Of a stretch of 32,000 nt of DNA, positions 16,013 to 23,392 are shown in pieces. Source of the stretch: an uncultured Chloroflexia bacterium. GTDB taxonomy: Bacteria > Chloroflexota > Ktedonobacteria > Ktedonobacterales > JADMIN01. The notes below the pieces were generated by a model. That model was not told the DNA's origin and ran no database searches. It saw only the letters and a program-made list of their open reading frames with translations. A program made the translations under genes and the position numbers. The DNA is taken from NCBI GenBank assembly GCA_963718915.1, contig CAVRAI010000003.1:90001-122000 (forward strand), written 5' to 3'. Each line of letters starts with the position of its first letter. Position 1 is the stretch's first letter.

Positions 16013-16474
16013 CTATTCCCCTTCCAGCAAAAACAGCGGGTGGCTGGCTGTGGCGCGCTCAAACTCCGCCAGGGAGGAGTGCGCGTTGACGCCAAAGAAG
16101 CGGATGAAGGGATTGCCAGCAACAGCCTCTTTGCGCAAGATGAGCGCCGCTTCGCTGGGAGAGAGCTCGCTTGCGCGAACCGTTTGAGAGCGGCGTCCAC
16201 GGGTAAGCACCGCCTTGCCCGCTACCCGCAGATTGCGTACCCAGTCCACTATGCCATAGGGGGAAGAGACATAGCGCTTCCCGTCTCGCTGGATGGCCGC
16301 TATCAGCACGGTGCGCGGCTGCCCGCTCTTGCGCCCACGCACCGTCAGCAGGTACATCGGATAGTTGCCAAAGAAAACGCCAGGGCCTGAGAGTTTAACA
16401 CCCGCGCGCGCCAGAGCCATAGTTACCTTATTTCCCAGCGGCACAAACCACGGGACCTGCGATGCCTTTGCCAT
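16013..16474 (-). CDS. Deazaflavin (F420)-dependent nitroreductase/quinone-reductase family protein (Ddn/DUF385-like), 153 aa
   Basis: ORF 16013..16474. It shows the family pattern LLTVRGRKSGQPRTVLIAAIQRDGKRYVSSPYG...DWVRNLRVAGKAVL. GGAGAGGA lies upstream of the ATG. Its stop is 27 nt upstream of the sigma gene on the same strand. Confidence 0.72.
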   Translation of the reverse strand: MAKASQVPWFVPLGNKVTMALARAGVKLSGPGVFFGNYPMYLLTVRGRKSGQPRTVLIAAIQRDGKRYVSSPYGIVDWVRNLRVAGKAVLTRGRRSQTVRASELSPSEAALILRKEAVAGNPFIRFFGVNAHSSLAEFERATASHPLFLLEGE

Positions 16475-16553
16475 TGTCTTCCTCTCCTTCTCTACATTGT
16501 ATAGCTACCAGGGCTGGGACTTGAACGCCTCGCCGGTGGTCGGCATAGAGAAA

Positions 16554-16580
16554 GAGGGTTGAGGGGGCCGATTTGGGACA
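16554..16580 (-). promoter_or_regulatory. Candidate ECF41-type promoter upstream of the oxidoreductase-sigma pair
   Basis: The minus strand reads TGTCCCA, a 16-nt spacer, then CCTC. The ECF41 consensus as I recall it is TGTCACA-n16-CGTC, so this has one mismatch in each element. It lies about 80 nt upstream of the ATG at 16474. A sigma-70-like TTCAAG-18-TACAAT (16496-16525) sits closer to the gene. Confidence 0.3.
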
Positions 16581-16708
16581 GGTATCCGACGCGCACTGCG
16601 CATCGCGTGATCCAACCGCCTCCGCGACGGGGAAAGGCCGAACGTGCTGGCGCGTACTTGCCAATTCATCCCGGTGAACACTATGCTGAAAGCGCTGAGG
16701 TTCGCCCA

Positions 16709-17719
16709 ATGAAAGGAACGCCCATGACCAGCGAGACACCAGAGACCTCCCAGATAGCCGCAACGCCAACCTTCGACGATATTCTCGCCGCCGCCGAACG
16801 CCTCCAGGGCCAGGCGCACCGCACGCCCATAGCCCACAGCCGCAGCCTCGACGCCGCAGCCGGAATGGGCGTCTGGCTGAAGTGCGAGCAGTTTCAGCGG
16901 GCGGGCGCCTTCAAGTTTCGCGGCGCGTACAACAAGATTGCCATGTTGCCAGCGGAGCAGCGGGCACGCGGGATCATCGCGTTCTCGTCGGGCAACCACG
17001 CGCAGGCGGTGGCGCTGACCGCGCAGATCTTCGGCGTTCCCGCCGTCATCTGCATGCCCACCGACGCGCCGGAGGTGAAGGTGAATGCGACACGCGGCTA
17101 CGGCGCGGAGATCGTCCGCTACGACCGCATGACCGAGGATCGCGAGGCGCTGGCCCATCGGCTGGCGGAGGAACGTGGGCTGACGCTTGTGCCGCCGTAC
17201 AACGATGCGGCGATCATCGTGGGAGCGGGAACGGCTGCCCGCGAGCTGCTGGAGGATGTGCCCGATCTCGATGTCATCGCGGCGCCGACAGGTGGCGGTG
17301 GGCTGCTCTCCGGCACGGCTATCGCGGCGCATGCCATGCGACCTGGCATCACTGTTGTCGGCGTCGAGACCGAGGCGGCGAACCACGCCTGGCTCTCGCT
17401 GCAACAGAACGAGCGGGTCAAGATCGCTCCACCAGATACGCTGGCAGACGGCATTCGCACGGCGCAGTTGGGCACGCTTACCTGGCCGATCATCCAGCGC
17501 GAGGCGGCTGAGGTGGTGCTGGTGAGCGAGGACGAGGTGAAGGAGGCGATGCGCTTCCTGCTGCTCCGCCTGAAGCTGGTCGTCGAGCCGACTGGCGCGG
17601 TGGCAGCAGCGGCGGCGCTCAGTGGCAAACTGGCGCGTTTCGGGCAGCGGGCTGGCGTCATCCTTTCGGGCGGCAATGTCGAGCCGGAGGTGCTGGCGAG
17701 GATTCTCGCGGAGAGCTAG
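16709..17719 (+). CDS. PLP-dependent threonine/serine ammonia-lyase (short, catabolic-type dehydratase or serine-racemase-like), 336 aa
   Basis: Inside ORF 16559..17719. PLP-lysine context: AGAFKFRGAYNK. Also SSGNHAQAVAL and the glycine loop PTGGGGLLSG. The start is ATG 16709 (MKGTPM) or 16724 (MTSETPE); both have purine-rich upstream tracts. Confidence 0.85.
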   Translation: MKGTPMTSETPETSQIAATPTFDDILAAAERLQGQAHRTPIAHSRSLDAAAGMGVWLKCEQFQRAGAFKFRGAYNKIAMLPAEQRARGIIAFSSGNHAQAVALTAQIFGVPAVICMPTDAPEVKVNATRGYGAEIVRYDRMTEDREALAHRLAEERGLTLVPPYNDAAIIVGAGTAARELLEDVPDLDVIAAPTGGGGLLSGTAIAAHAMRPGITVVGVETEAANHAWLSLQQNERVKIAPPDTLADGIRTAQLGTLTWPIIQREAAEVVLVSEDEVKEAMRFLLLRLKLVVEPTGAVAAAAALSGKLARFGQRAGVILSGGNVEPEVLARILAES

Positions 17720-17750
17720 CGGCGGGCGGACCCCTCCCGGCCTTCGGCCA

Positions 17751-17833
17751 CCCTCCCCTAGAAGGGGAGGGGCTAGGCGACCATCCTGCCAGATGGCAAG
17801 ATCTGGCTCCCCCTCTCCTCTAAGGAGAGGGGG
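17751..17833. terminator. Three consecutive GC-rich hairpins between convergent genes (family-C CCCTCCCC/GGGGAGGG type), probable bidirectional terminators
   Basis: Hairpin 1: CCCTCCCCT-AGA-AGGGGAGGG (17751-17771). Hairpin 2: GCCAGAT-GGCAAG-ATCTGGC (17788-17807). Hairpin 3: CCCCCTCTCCT-CTA-AGGAGAGGGGG (17809-17833). They lie between the dehydratase stop (17719) and the peptidase stop (17859). No U-tracts are present. Confidence 0.55.
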
Positions 17834-17858
17834 CTGGGGGTGAGGTCCGCCTCGCGGT

Positions 17859-19727
17859 CTAAAAGCCGCCGTGCAGCACGAAGTAGATCGCGACGACTAC
17901 GGCGACAATCGCGACAATCGTCAGCACAATGCCGATGGTGAGGCCCGCATTGCCACCGCTGACCACATCACTCGTCGCCGAATCTGAGCCGGAGCCGGTA
18001 GAGCCGCTGGGATCAGCGCCGCCCGATGCTGGCGCCGAGCCGCCGGATGTCGCGCTACTGGCGGTCAGGGCGTTGACCAGATTCGTCCCGTCCGGGCTAC
18101 CCCACCCGGTGCAGGCATCCCAGCCCGAGCCTGACTGATAGCCGCCCAACTTGCCGCCCGTCGGATCATTGTTGCCGCTGGTGACATCGCGGAAGGCATT
18201 TGTCTTGCCCAGCGAGGTATAAAGCAGCGGATTGATATAACCTACAGGCTTGCCCAGTTTCTGGTTGGCCCGCGCGATCAGCGCTGACCAGAGTGGCGAG
18301 ACCGCGCTGGTGCCGCCGACCCCGCTGAGGAGCTGCCCATCCGCCAGAATGGCGTAGCCAGAGACGCCGTCGGCGTTCCCCGCCACATCCGGCACGCCGC
18401 GACCGACATGGTTGCCAGGATTGACCGAGGGCGGCACAATACCCTTCTGCCAGGATGGCTGCGCGATATCATCGCTCACACCGCCGCCAGTCGCGCCGCC
18501 GCCCTGGTCGCGGCCACCGTCGTTCCAGACCTTCTCTCCGGTGAATGTATTCCCAGAAAACAGGAGGGTGGTGCCGCCGCAGGCCAACACATACGGGCTG
18601 GACGCCGGGAAGTCCACGTGGGCGTGGCCGTCATCCAGCTGATCGCGCGAGCCATCATCGCCGGAGGCCGCGCAGATCGTAATGCCCTGCAACGCCGCCG
18701 CCTGGAATGACTGGTTCACCGTCTGGATCGCCTGGGGCGTCCAGATATCCTGCCCCTCGGTAAAGCCCCAGCTGATCGAGAGCACCGACGGGCGATTCTG
18801 TGTGTCGTGGATGGCGGCGGTGACGACATCGACCCATCCCTGCTCAGTGAAGGGGGCAAAGTAGACGACCAACTTCGCGCCTGGGGCGAGGGAGGCCGCG
18901 ATCTCGATATCGAGCAGCACCTCGGCGTCGCTATCTGGATCTTTCCCCGGCGCATTGCCGACGCCACCAACGGAGACAGCCGTTATTTTGGGCGCGGGCA
19001 TACCAAGCCGCTGAAAGTAGGCCTGGAGGTCGCTCTCGGAGTAGCCGCCGCCAAACTCGAGGATACCGATGCACTGGCCGGAGCCATCGAGATCTTTGGG
19101 AAAGTTATACATCTCACCCACCTGTGGCGGCGCGAAGCTCCCCGGCGTGCCAAACGCGGGCGCGGCGGTGGCGGTGGCCAGTGCGCCAGATGCGGAGCCA
19201 GAGCCATCTGGGCGGGTGTAGCGCAGATGCGGGCGCGCCTGGGAGCGGTTATCCAGCCCAAAGATACCCTCGACGACGCCTTGCAGGTAGGCAGGGATCT
19301 GCACCGGGCCAACGCGGCCACGATAGTTGCCTCGCGGCGAGGTATACTGAACCAGTTGCACGCGGAACGCCGCCGAGACCGCCTGCAAAGGTCCTGAGAG
19401 GACGACGATCCGCTGAGAAAGGTCGCTCCGAACAACCGTGAGGTGACTCTCCTGGGCAAATTGCTCGACTTTGGCGACATCTGTGGGATCGGCGCCGTAG
19501 CGGGCCGCGTACTCGTCGGGCGTAAGGTAGGTGCGGTCGGCGGGCAGTTGCGCGCCCAACGCGGCAACCTCGGCGTCCATCTGCGCGCCGGATTCGCGCG
19601 CGCGGAGACGAATTGTTACCTCGATAACTTCGTTGGGGTCGCTGGGACCAGCTTCCTGTGCGCCGGGGACAAGCTGACGTTCGCTTCCAGGAAGCGCGAT
19701 ATACGGTCGGGGGTCCATATCGGACAT
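17859..19727 (-). CDS. Sedolisin (peptidase S53), kumamolisin-like, with pro-domain and a C-terminal Ser/Gly linker plus TM anchor, 622 aa
   Basis: Inside ORF 17859..19799, with the start at MSDMDPRPY (ATG 19727). It is colinear with kumamolisin as I recall it: GQCIGILEFGGGY, EVLLDIEIAASLAPGAKLVVYFAP, SISWG, AASGDDGS, HVDFPASSPYVLACGGT, VWNDGG...GGGVS, GRGVPDVAGNAD, GGTSAVSPLWSALIARANQKLGKPVGYINP. The C-terminus is LTIGIVLTIVAIVAVVVAIYFVL. Confidence 0.9.
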   Translation of the reverse strand: MSDMDPRPYIALPGSERQLVPGAQEAGPSDPNEVIEVTIRLRARESGAQMDAEVAALGAQLPADRTYLTPDEYAARYGADPTDVAKVEQFAQESHLTVVRSDLSQRIVVLSGPLQAVSAAFRVQLVQYTSPRGNYRGRVGPVQIPAYLQGVVEGIFGLDNRSQARPHLRYTRPDGSGSASGALATATAAPAFGTPGSFAPPQVGEMYNFPKDLDGSGQCIGILEFGGGYSESDLQAYFQRLGMPAPKITAVSVGGVGNAPGKDPDSDAEVLLDIEIAASLAPGAKLVVYFAPFTEQGWVDVVTAAIHDTQNRPSVLSISWGFTEGQDIWTPQAIQTVNQSFQAAALQGITICAASGDDGSRDQLDDGHAHVDFPASSPYVLACGGTTLLFSGNTFTGEKVWNDGGRDQGGGATGGGVSDDIAQPSWQKGIVPPSVNPGNHVGRGVPDVAGNADGVSGYAILADGQLLSGVGGTSAVSPLWSALIARANQKLGKPVGYINPLLYTSLGKTNAFRDVTSGNNDPTGGKLGGYQSGSGWDACTGWGSPDGTNLVNALTASSATSGGSAPASGGADPSGSTGSGSDSATSDVVSGGNAGLTIGIVLTIVAIVAVVVAIYFVLHGGF

Positions 19728-19947
19728 GCGGATGATCTCACTTTCTACACGCTGATAGAGAGCCACGCAAGGCGGGTGTCCAGACCTCCACATGATCAAC
19801 TATGGGCAGCCCGGCCAAACTGGCGGCGTGACCAGTCTATCATGGATAGCAAACATGAGAATATCCTTTAAAGTGGTACTGATCGGGTATGTGGTTAGCT
19901 AAGACCTTTCAAAGAGAGTGCGGACAGTGGGCATGAGCGGAGATAAC

Positions 19948-20772
19948 ATGGAGAGTTGGCGTGTCCTGCCGTTTTCTGATGCGCCGATGGGGCGGCAACT
20001 GGCGCTGAGCGAGGCGATGCTGGCGGGGTTGGCGGAGAGCCATCAGCCCGCGCTACGCTGGTACGTTCCAAAGGTCGAAGCGCTGGTGATTGGCAATGGC
20101 CAGAAGCCGCGTATCGCCAACTTCGAGACGACCGCCGAGCGCGACATTGGCATCTATCGCCGCACCTCCGGCGGGACGGCGGTCTTCGTGAATGCTGACC
20201 TGCTCAGCCTGGATGTGGCGCTGCCCGCGACGCATCCGCTGGCCACGAGCGATGTCGTGGACGCCTACCGCTGGATGGGCGAGGTGTGGCAACAGGCGCT
20301 GGGCGCGCTTGGCGCGGCGAAGGCGCGGGCGCTGCCGGTGGAGGAGGCGCGCAAACAGCCGCGACTGGCGCAGGATGATCCGCTGCGGCTGGCCTGCTAC
20401 GGCACACTCTCGCCCTGGGAGGTCGTCGTAGGCAAGCGCAAACTGGTGGGGCTGTGCCAGGTGCGCCGCCGACCGGGCGCGCTCTATCAGGTGGGTATCT
20501 ATCGCCACTTCGTGCCGCGCGCGCTGGGCGAGTTGCTCGATCTCGGCAATAACCAGCGCAAGACGCTGGCGACCAGACTGCACAATGCCACCGTCGGTCT
20601 GGACGACGCGGCGGGCCGCGCGATCCCCGCCGACGAGGTGATACAGGCCGTCGAGACAGCGCTGGCCGACACCTATGGCGCAACGCTCCAGCCTTCACGC
20701 TGGACCGCCGCCGAACTACGCGATGCTGACCGCCTCGAACGCGAGAGCTTCCAGCCATTTATCGTGGGATAG
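19948..20772 (+). CDS. Biotin/lipoate A/B protein ligase family protein (LplA/LipB-like), 274 aa
   Basis: Inside ORF 19918..20772. RRTSGGTAVF matches the RRxSGGGAV lipoyl-AMP binding motif, and VVVGKRKLVGLCQVRR supplies the conserved lysine context. The start is placed at ATG 19948 (MESWRVL) with GGAG about 8 nt upstream; GTG 19918 and ATG 19933 are alternatives. Confidence 0.72.
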   Translation: MESWRVLPFSDAPMGRQLALSEAMLAGLAESHQPALRWYVPKVEALVIGNGQKPRIANFETTAERDIGIYRRTSGGTAVFVNADLLSLDVALPATHPLATSDVVDAYRWMGEVWQQALGALGAAKARALPVEEARKQPRLAQDDPLRLACYGTLSPWEVVVGKRKLVGLCQVRRRPGALYQVGIYRHFVPRALGELLDLGNNQRKTLATRLHNATVGLDDAAGRAIPADEVIQAVETALADTYGATLQPSRWTAAELRDADRLERESFQPFIVG

Positions 20773-20912
20773 CGAGCCGCAAAAGTCCTCCCTCCGACAC
20801 GGGGAAGGGAGCCTGACTACCGCTACCCGAAACGCCATCGATATAACCTCGCCTTATGACTTCTCGTACTGATACTGGCGTCCAGTGTGCGGTGTGCTTT
20901 CTTGCTACCCCC

Positions 20913-20944
20913 TTGACAGATTCGATATAAAAAGATATATCTTT
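20913..20944 (+). promoter_or_regulatory. Candidate promoter with an overlapping perfect 14-bp palindrome upstream of the ABC exporter
   Basis: TTGACA (20913-20918), a 17-nt spacer, then TATATC (20936-20941). The perfect palindrome AAAGATATATCTTT (20931-20944) covers the -10 element. The surrounding sequence is a locally AT-rich patch about 90 nt upstream of the drrA-like ATG. Confidence 0.45.
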
Positions 20945-21030
20945 AATTGTGTGGCGACACATAGTTGGATGCGGATGCGCCGCGGTACGTCTGCGTCATG
21001 AATATGTACCAATAACGAATTGGGGATGGA

Positions 21031-22026
21031 ATGTCGATATCTGTTCAGGCCGTCGAGGCTCATGGGCTTATCAAGAACTTCGGCGATAACCGCGCTGTCG
21101 ATCACGTTGACCTCTCCGTACAGACCGGGAGCGTCTATGGCGTACTTGGGCCGAACGGCGCGGGCAAGACGACCACGATCCGTATACTCGCGACGCTGCT
21201 TCGTCCCGATGGAGGCAGCGCGACCGTCTTCGGGCATGACGTAGTGCGCGAGGCGCATATCGTCCGCCAGCTCATCGGTGTCACCGGGCAGTATGCCTCG
21301 GTGGATGAGACCCTGAGCGCGCGCGAGAACCTCTTTCTCTTCTCCCGTCTGAACGGCTTCAGCGCCAAAGTGTCGCGAGCCAAATCGGCGGAACTGCTCG
21401 AAGAGTTCGGACTGACCAACGCCGCCAAACGTCCGCTGAAGAACTTCTCTGGTGGCATGCGTCGCCGTCTCGACCTCGCGGCGAGTCTCATATCACAGCC
21501 GCCACTCATCTTCCTCGATGAACCCACGACTGGGCTTGATCCGAGAACCCGGGTACAAATGTGGGGCACGATCCGGCGATTGGTAGCTACTGGATCGACC
21601 GTGCTGCTCACCACCCAGTATCTCGACGAGGCGGACCAGCTGGCCGACCGGATCGCCGTCATCGATCACGGCAAGGTCGTCGCCGAGGGGACGACGGACG
21701 AGTTGAAGTCCGCCGTTGGAAACTCCTCGCTCCAGCTCGTACTCGCCGACCCGGCGCAACTCGAACAGGCGCGGACAGTCATTGGAGCGATCTTGCACGT
21801 CGAGGCGGCCCTCTTCCCGGAGACCGGACGGATCAACGCCCCGATGGCCGCGCCGGATGCCGTTACCGACCTGCTCGTCAGGTTGCGCGATGAGGGCATC
21901 GCCGTCACCGAGCTATCGGTCCAGAAGCCAACCCTTGACGAGGTGTTCCTCACGCTCACCGGGCGCCCCGCCACTGATGAGGACGCCGAGACCCAAGAAC
22001 GCGAATTGGAGACCAGCCGTTCTTGA
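21031..22026 (+). CDS. ABC transporter ATP-binding protein, DrrA/ABC-2 exporter type, 331 aa
   Basis: ORF 21031..22026. Walker A: GPNGAGKTT. Q-loop: TGQY. Signature: FSGGMRRRL. Walker B: LIFLDEPTTGLD. H-loop: LLTTQYLDEA. It also has the C-terminal DrrA-type extension. Confidence 0.93.
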   Translation: MSISVQAVEAHGLIKNFGDNRAVDHVDLSVQTGSVYGVLGPNGAGKTTTIRILATLLRPDGGSATVFGHDVVREAHIVRQLIGVTGQYASVDETLSARENLFLFSRLNGFSAKVSRAKSAELLEEFGLTNAAKRPLKNFSGGMRRRLDLAASLISQPPLIFLDEPTTGLDPRTRVQMWGTIRRLVATGSTVLLTTQYLDEADQLADRIAVIDHGKVVAEGTTDELKSAVGNSSLQLVLADPAQLEQARTVIGAILHVEAALFPETGRINAPMAAPDAVTDLLVRLRDEGIAVTELSVQKPTLDEVFLTLTGRPATDEDAETQERELETSRS

Positions 22027-22180
22027 CCCTCCCACGTCTAAAGCCGTGGGATTCCTGCTTCACCGAAGCTTGCCGGAGACGAGCGAACCCGCCCCGGTCT
22101 TATAGCTTCTCCACAGGCTGAGACCGTGAGCCCCACGGCCAAAATATTCTGTGCGGCGTTCACGTCGCGATCATGGTCCC
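22010..22180 (-). ncRNA. Predicted omega/reRNA of TnpB (scaffold over the tnpB 3' end and right end, guide from flanking DNA)
   Basis: This rests on position only. In characterised TnpB systems the guide RNA overlaps the 3' end of tnpB and reads out of the right end. Here the readout would run into the last codons of the ABC ATPase gene (minus strand TCAAGAACGGCTGGTCTCC...). I have no covariance or expression evidence. Confidence 0.35.
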
Positions 22181-23390
22181 TGCCGCATTCTGGGCAGGTC
22201 CACCGTCTGATATCCAGTGGCAAGGAGTCGAGCACATGGCCACAGGCAGCGCAACGCTTACTGCTGGGATACCATTTGTCAATGCTGACGACGGTACGCC
22301 CATACCAGACGGCCTTGTACTCCAATTGGCGGACCAACTCGCCCCAGCCTACATCGTGGATGGCTTTCGCCAGCGTCGGATGCTTCGCCATCGCCTTCAC
22401 ATGCAAGCTCTCGATGCAAATCGTTTGGTTCTCACGGATCAGTCGAGTCGAGAGTTTGTGGAGGAAGTCAGTGCGACGGTCAGCAATGCGGGCATGAATA
22501 CGAGCCACCTTGCGACGCGCTTTGTCGCGGTTCTTGGAGCCGCGTTGCTTCTTGGCCAGACGACGCTGGGCTTGCGCCAGTTTCTGTTCATCATGGGCGA
22601 AGAAGCGCGGGTTGCCCACCTTCTCGCCGCTATCGAGCACGACCATATCATGCAGGCCCAGATCAATGCCCACTTGCGCAGCGACGGGCGACGAGGGCAC
22701 TATCTCTTCTTCCGTGAGGAGGCTGACGAAGTAACGACCAGCGGTATCGCGGCTCACCGTGACCGTGGTAGGTGTCACTCCGTCAGGCAGCGGCCGCGAC
22801 CAGTGGATGTGCAGCGGGGTCTCCATCTTCGCCAACGTGAGGGTGCGCGCCGCGGCATCGTAGCGAAAAGCGGAGGTGGTGTATTCCGCCGCCTGTACCC
22901 CATGTTTCTTGTGGAATTTCGGGTACTTGGCGTGCCCTTCAAAGAAGTTGCGAAAGGCGCGATCTAGATGGCGCAAGGCCTGCTGGGGAGGCACACTCGA
23001 TACGGCGTTGAGCCAGGTCGTCTCGGGTTGCTGTTTCAGCGTCGTGAGGGCAGCCGAGGTATCGGCATAACTGACCCGCTTTTGCCGCTCGTAGTAGACG
23101 TCGGTGCGCAGCCGGAGCGCCCAATTGTAGACAAAACGCGCACAGCCAAACGTCCGTGCCAGCACGGTGGCTTGCACGGGTGTGGGATAGCACCTGTAGC
23201 GATAGGTGCGTTTCTGCTTCTGACTCTGCTTCTGCCGCATGCTCACAGTATAGCACGGACTGTGTGAGACAGACAACCATGCAATTCAGTAGTCCTGATA
23301 GTGCTTATGAAAGGAGACGGCCATTCCTCTTTGCCTGATGTCTGCATCTTACCTGCTAGACTTGAAGGCAGGGATTTTTTGGCCGAAGAA
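22027..23390 (-). mobile_element. tnpB-only IS200/IS605-family (IS1341-like) element inserted between the ABC ATPase and permease genes; ends approximate
   Basis: A 1.37-kb insert separates two genes that are normally adjacent or overlapping. The right end has the hairpin CCCACG-GCTTTAGA-CGTGGG spanning the tnpB stop (about 22030-22050). The left end has the hairpin CCTGC-(10 nt)-GCAGG (23352-23371). No tnpA is present. Confidence 0.75.
22038..23240 (-). CDS. tnpB: TnpB (IS605 OrfB-family RNA-guided endonuclease/transposase accessory protein), 400 aa
   Basis: Inside ORF 22038..23276, with the start at MRQKQSQKQKRTYRYRCYPT (ATG 23240). RuvC-like residues appear intact: GIDLGL (D), ICIESLHV (E), DRDVNAAQNI (D). 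Zinc ribbon: CAACGH...CPECG. Confidence 0.92.
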   Translation of the reverse strand: MRQKQSQKQKRTYRYRCYPTPVQATVLARTFGCARFVYNWALRLRTDVYYERQKRVSYADTSAALTTLKQQPETTWLNAVSSVPPQQALRHLDRAFRNFFEGHAKYPKFHKKHGVQAAEYTTSAFRYDAAARTLTLAKMETPLHIHWSRPLPDGVTPTTVTVSRDTAGRYFVSLLTEEEIVPSSPVAAQVGIDLGLHDMVVLDSGEKVGNPRFFAHDEQKLAQAQRRLAKKQRGSKNRDKARRKVARIHARIADRRTDFLHKLSTRLIRENQTICIESLHVKAMAKHPTLAKAIHDVGWGELVRQLEYKAVWYGRTVVSIDKWYPSSKRCAACGHVLDSLPLDIRRWTCPECGRDHDRDVNAAQNILAVGLTVSACGEAIRPGRVRSSPASFGEAGIPRL

Positions 23391-23392
23391 AG

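Noticed and set aside
7664-16726. Shared M(R/K)GTPM N-terminal pentapeptide before the likely starts of trpE (7681/7666) and the dehydratase (16709/16724)
   Set aside because: It is most simply explained by a purine-rich SD (AGGGG / AAAGGA) that happens to follow an upstream in-frame ATG. Two occurrences are not enough to argue for a conserved mini-uORF.
16505-17404. 299-codon minus-strand ORF overlapping the dehydratase gene
   Set aside because: It is antisense to a gene with clear PLP-enzyme motifs. Its Arg/His-rich composition shows no family resemblance.
20905-21258. 117-codon minus-strand ORF spanning the ABC promoter region and the 5' end of the ATPase gene
   Set aside because: It overlaps the Walker A region of a well-supported gene in antisense, it would start inside that gene, and it has no SD.
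22173-22967. 264-codon plus-strand ORF inside the IS element
   Set aside because: It is antisense to tnpB, which has complete RuvC and zinc-ribbon motifs. It shows no resemblance to the TnpA Y1 (HUH) transposase.
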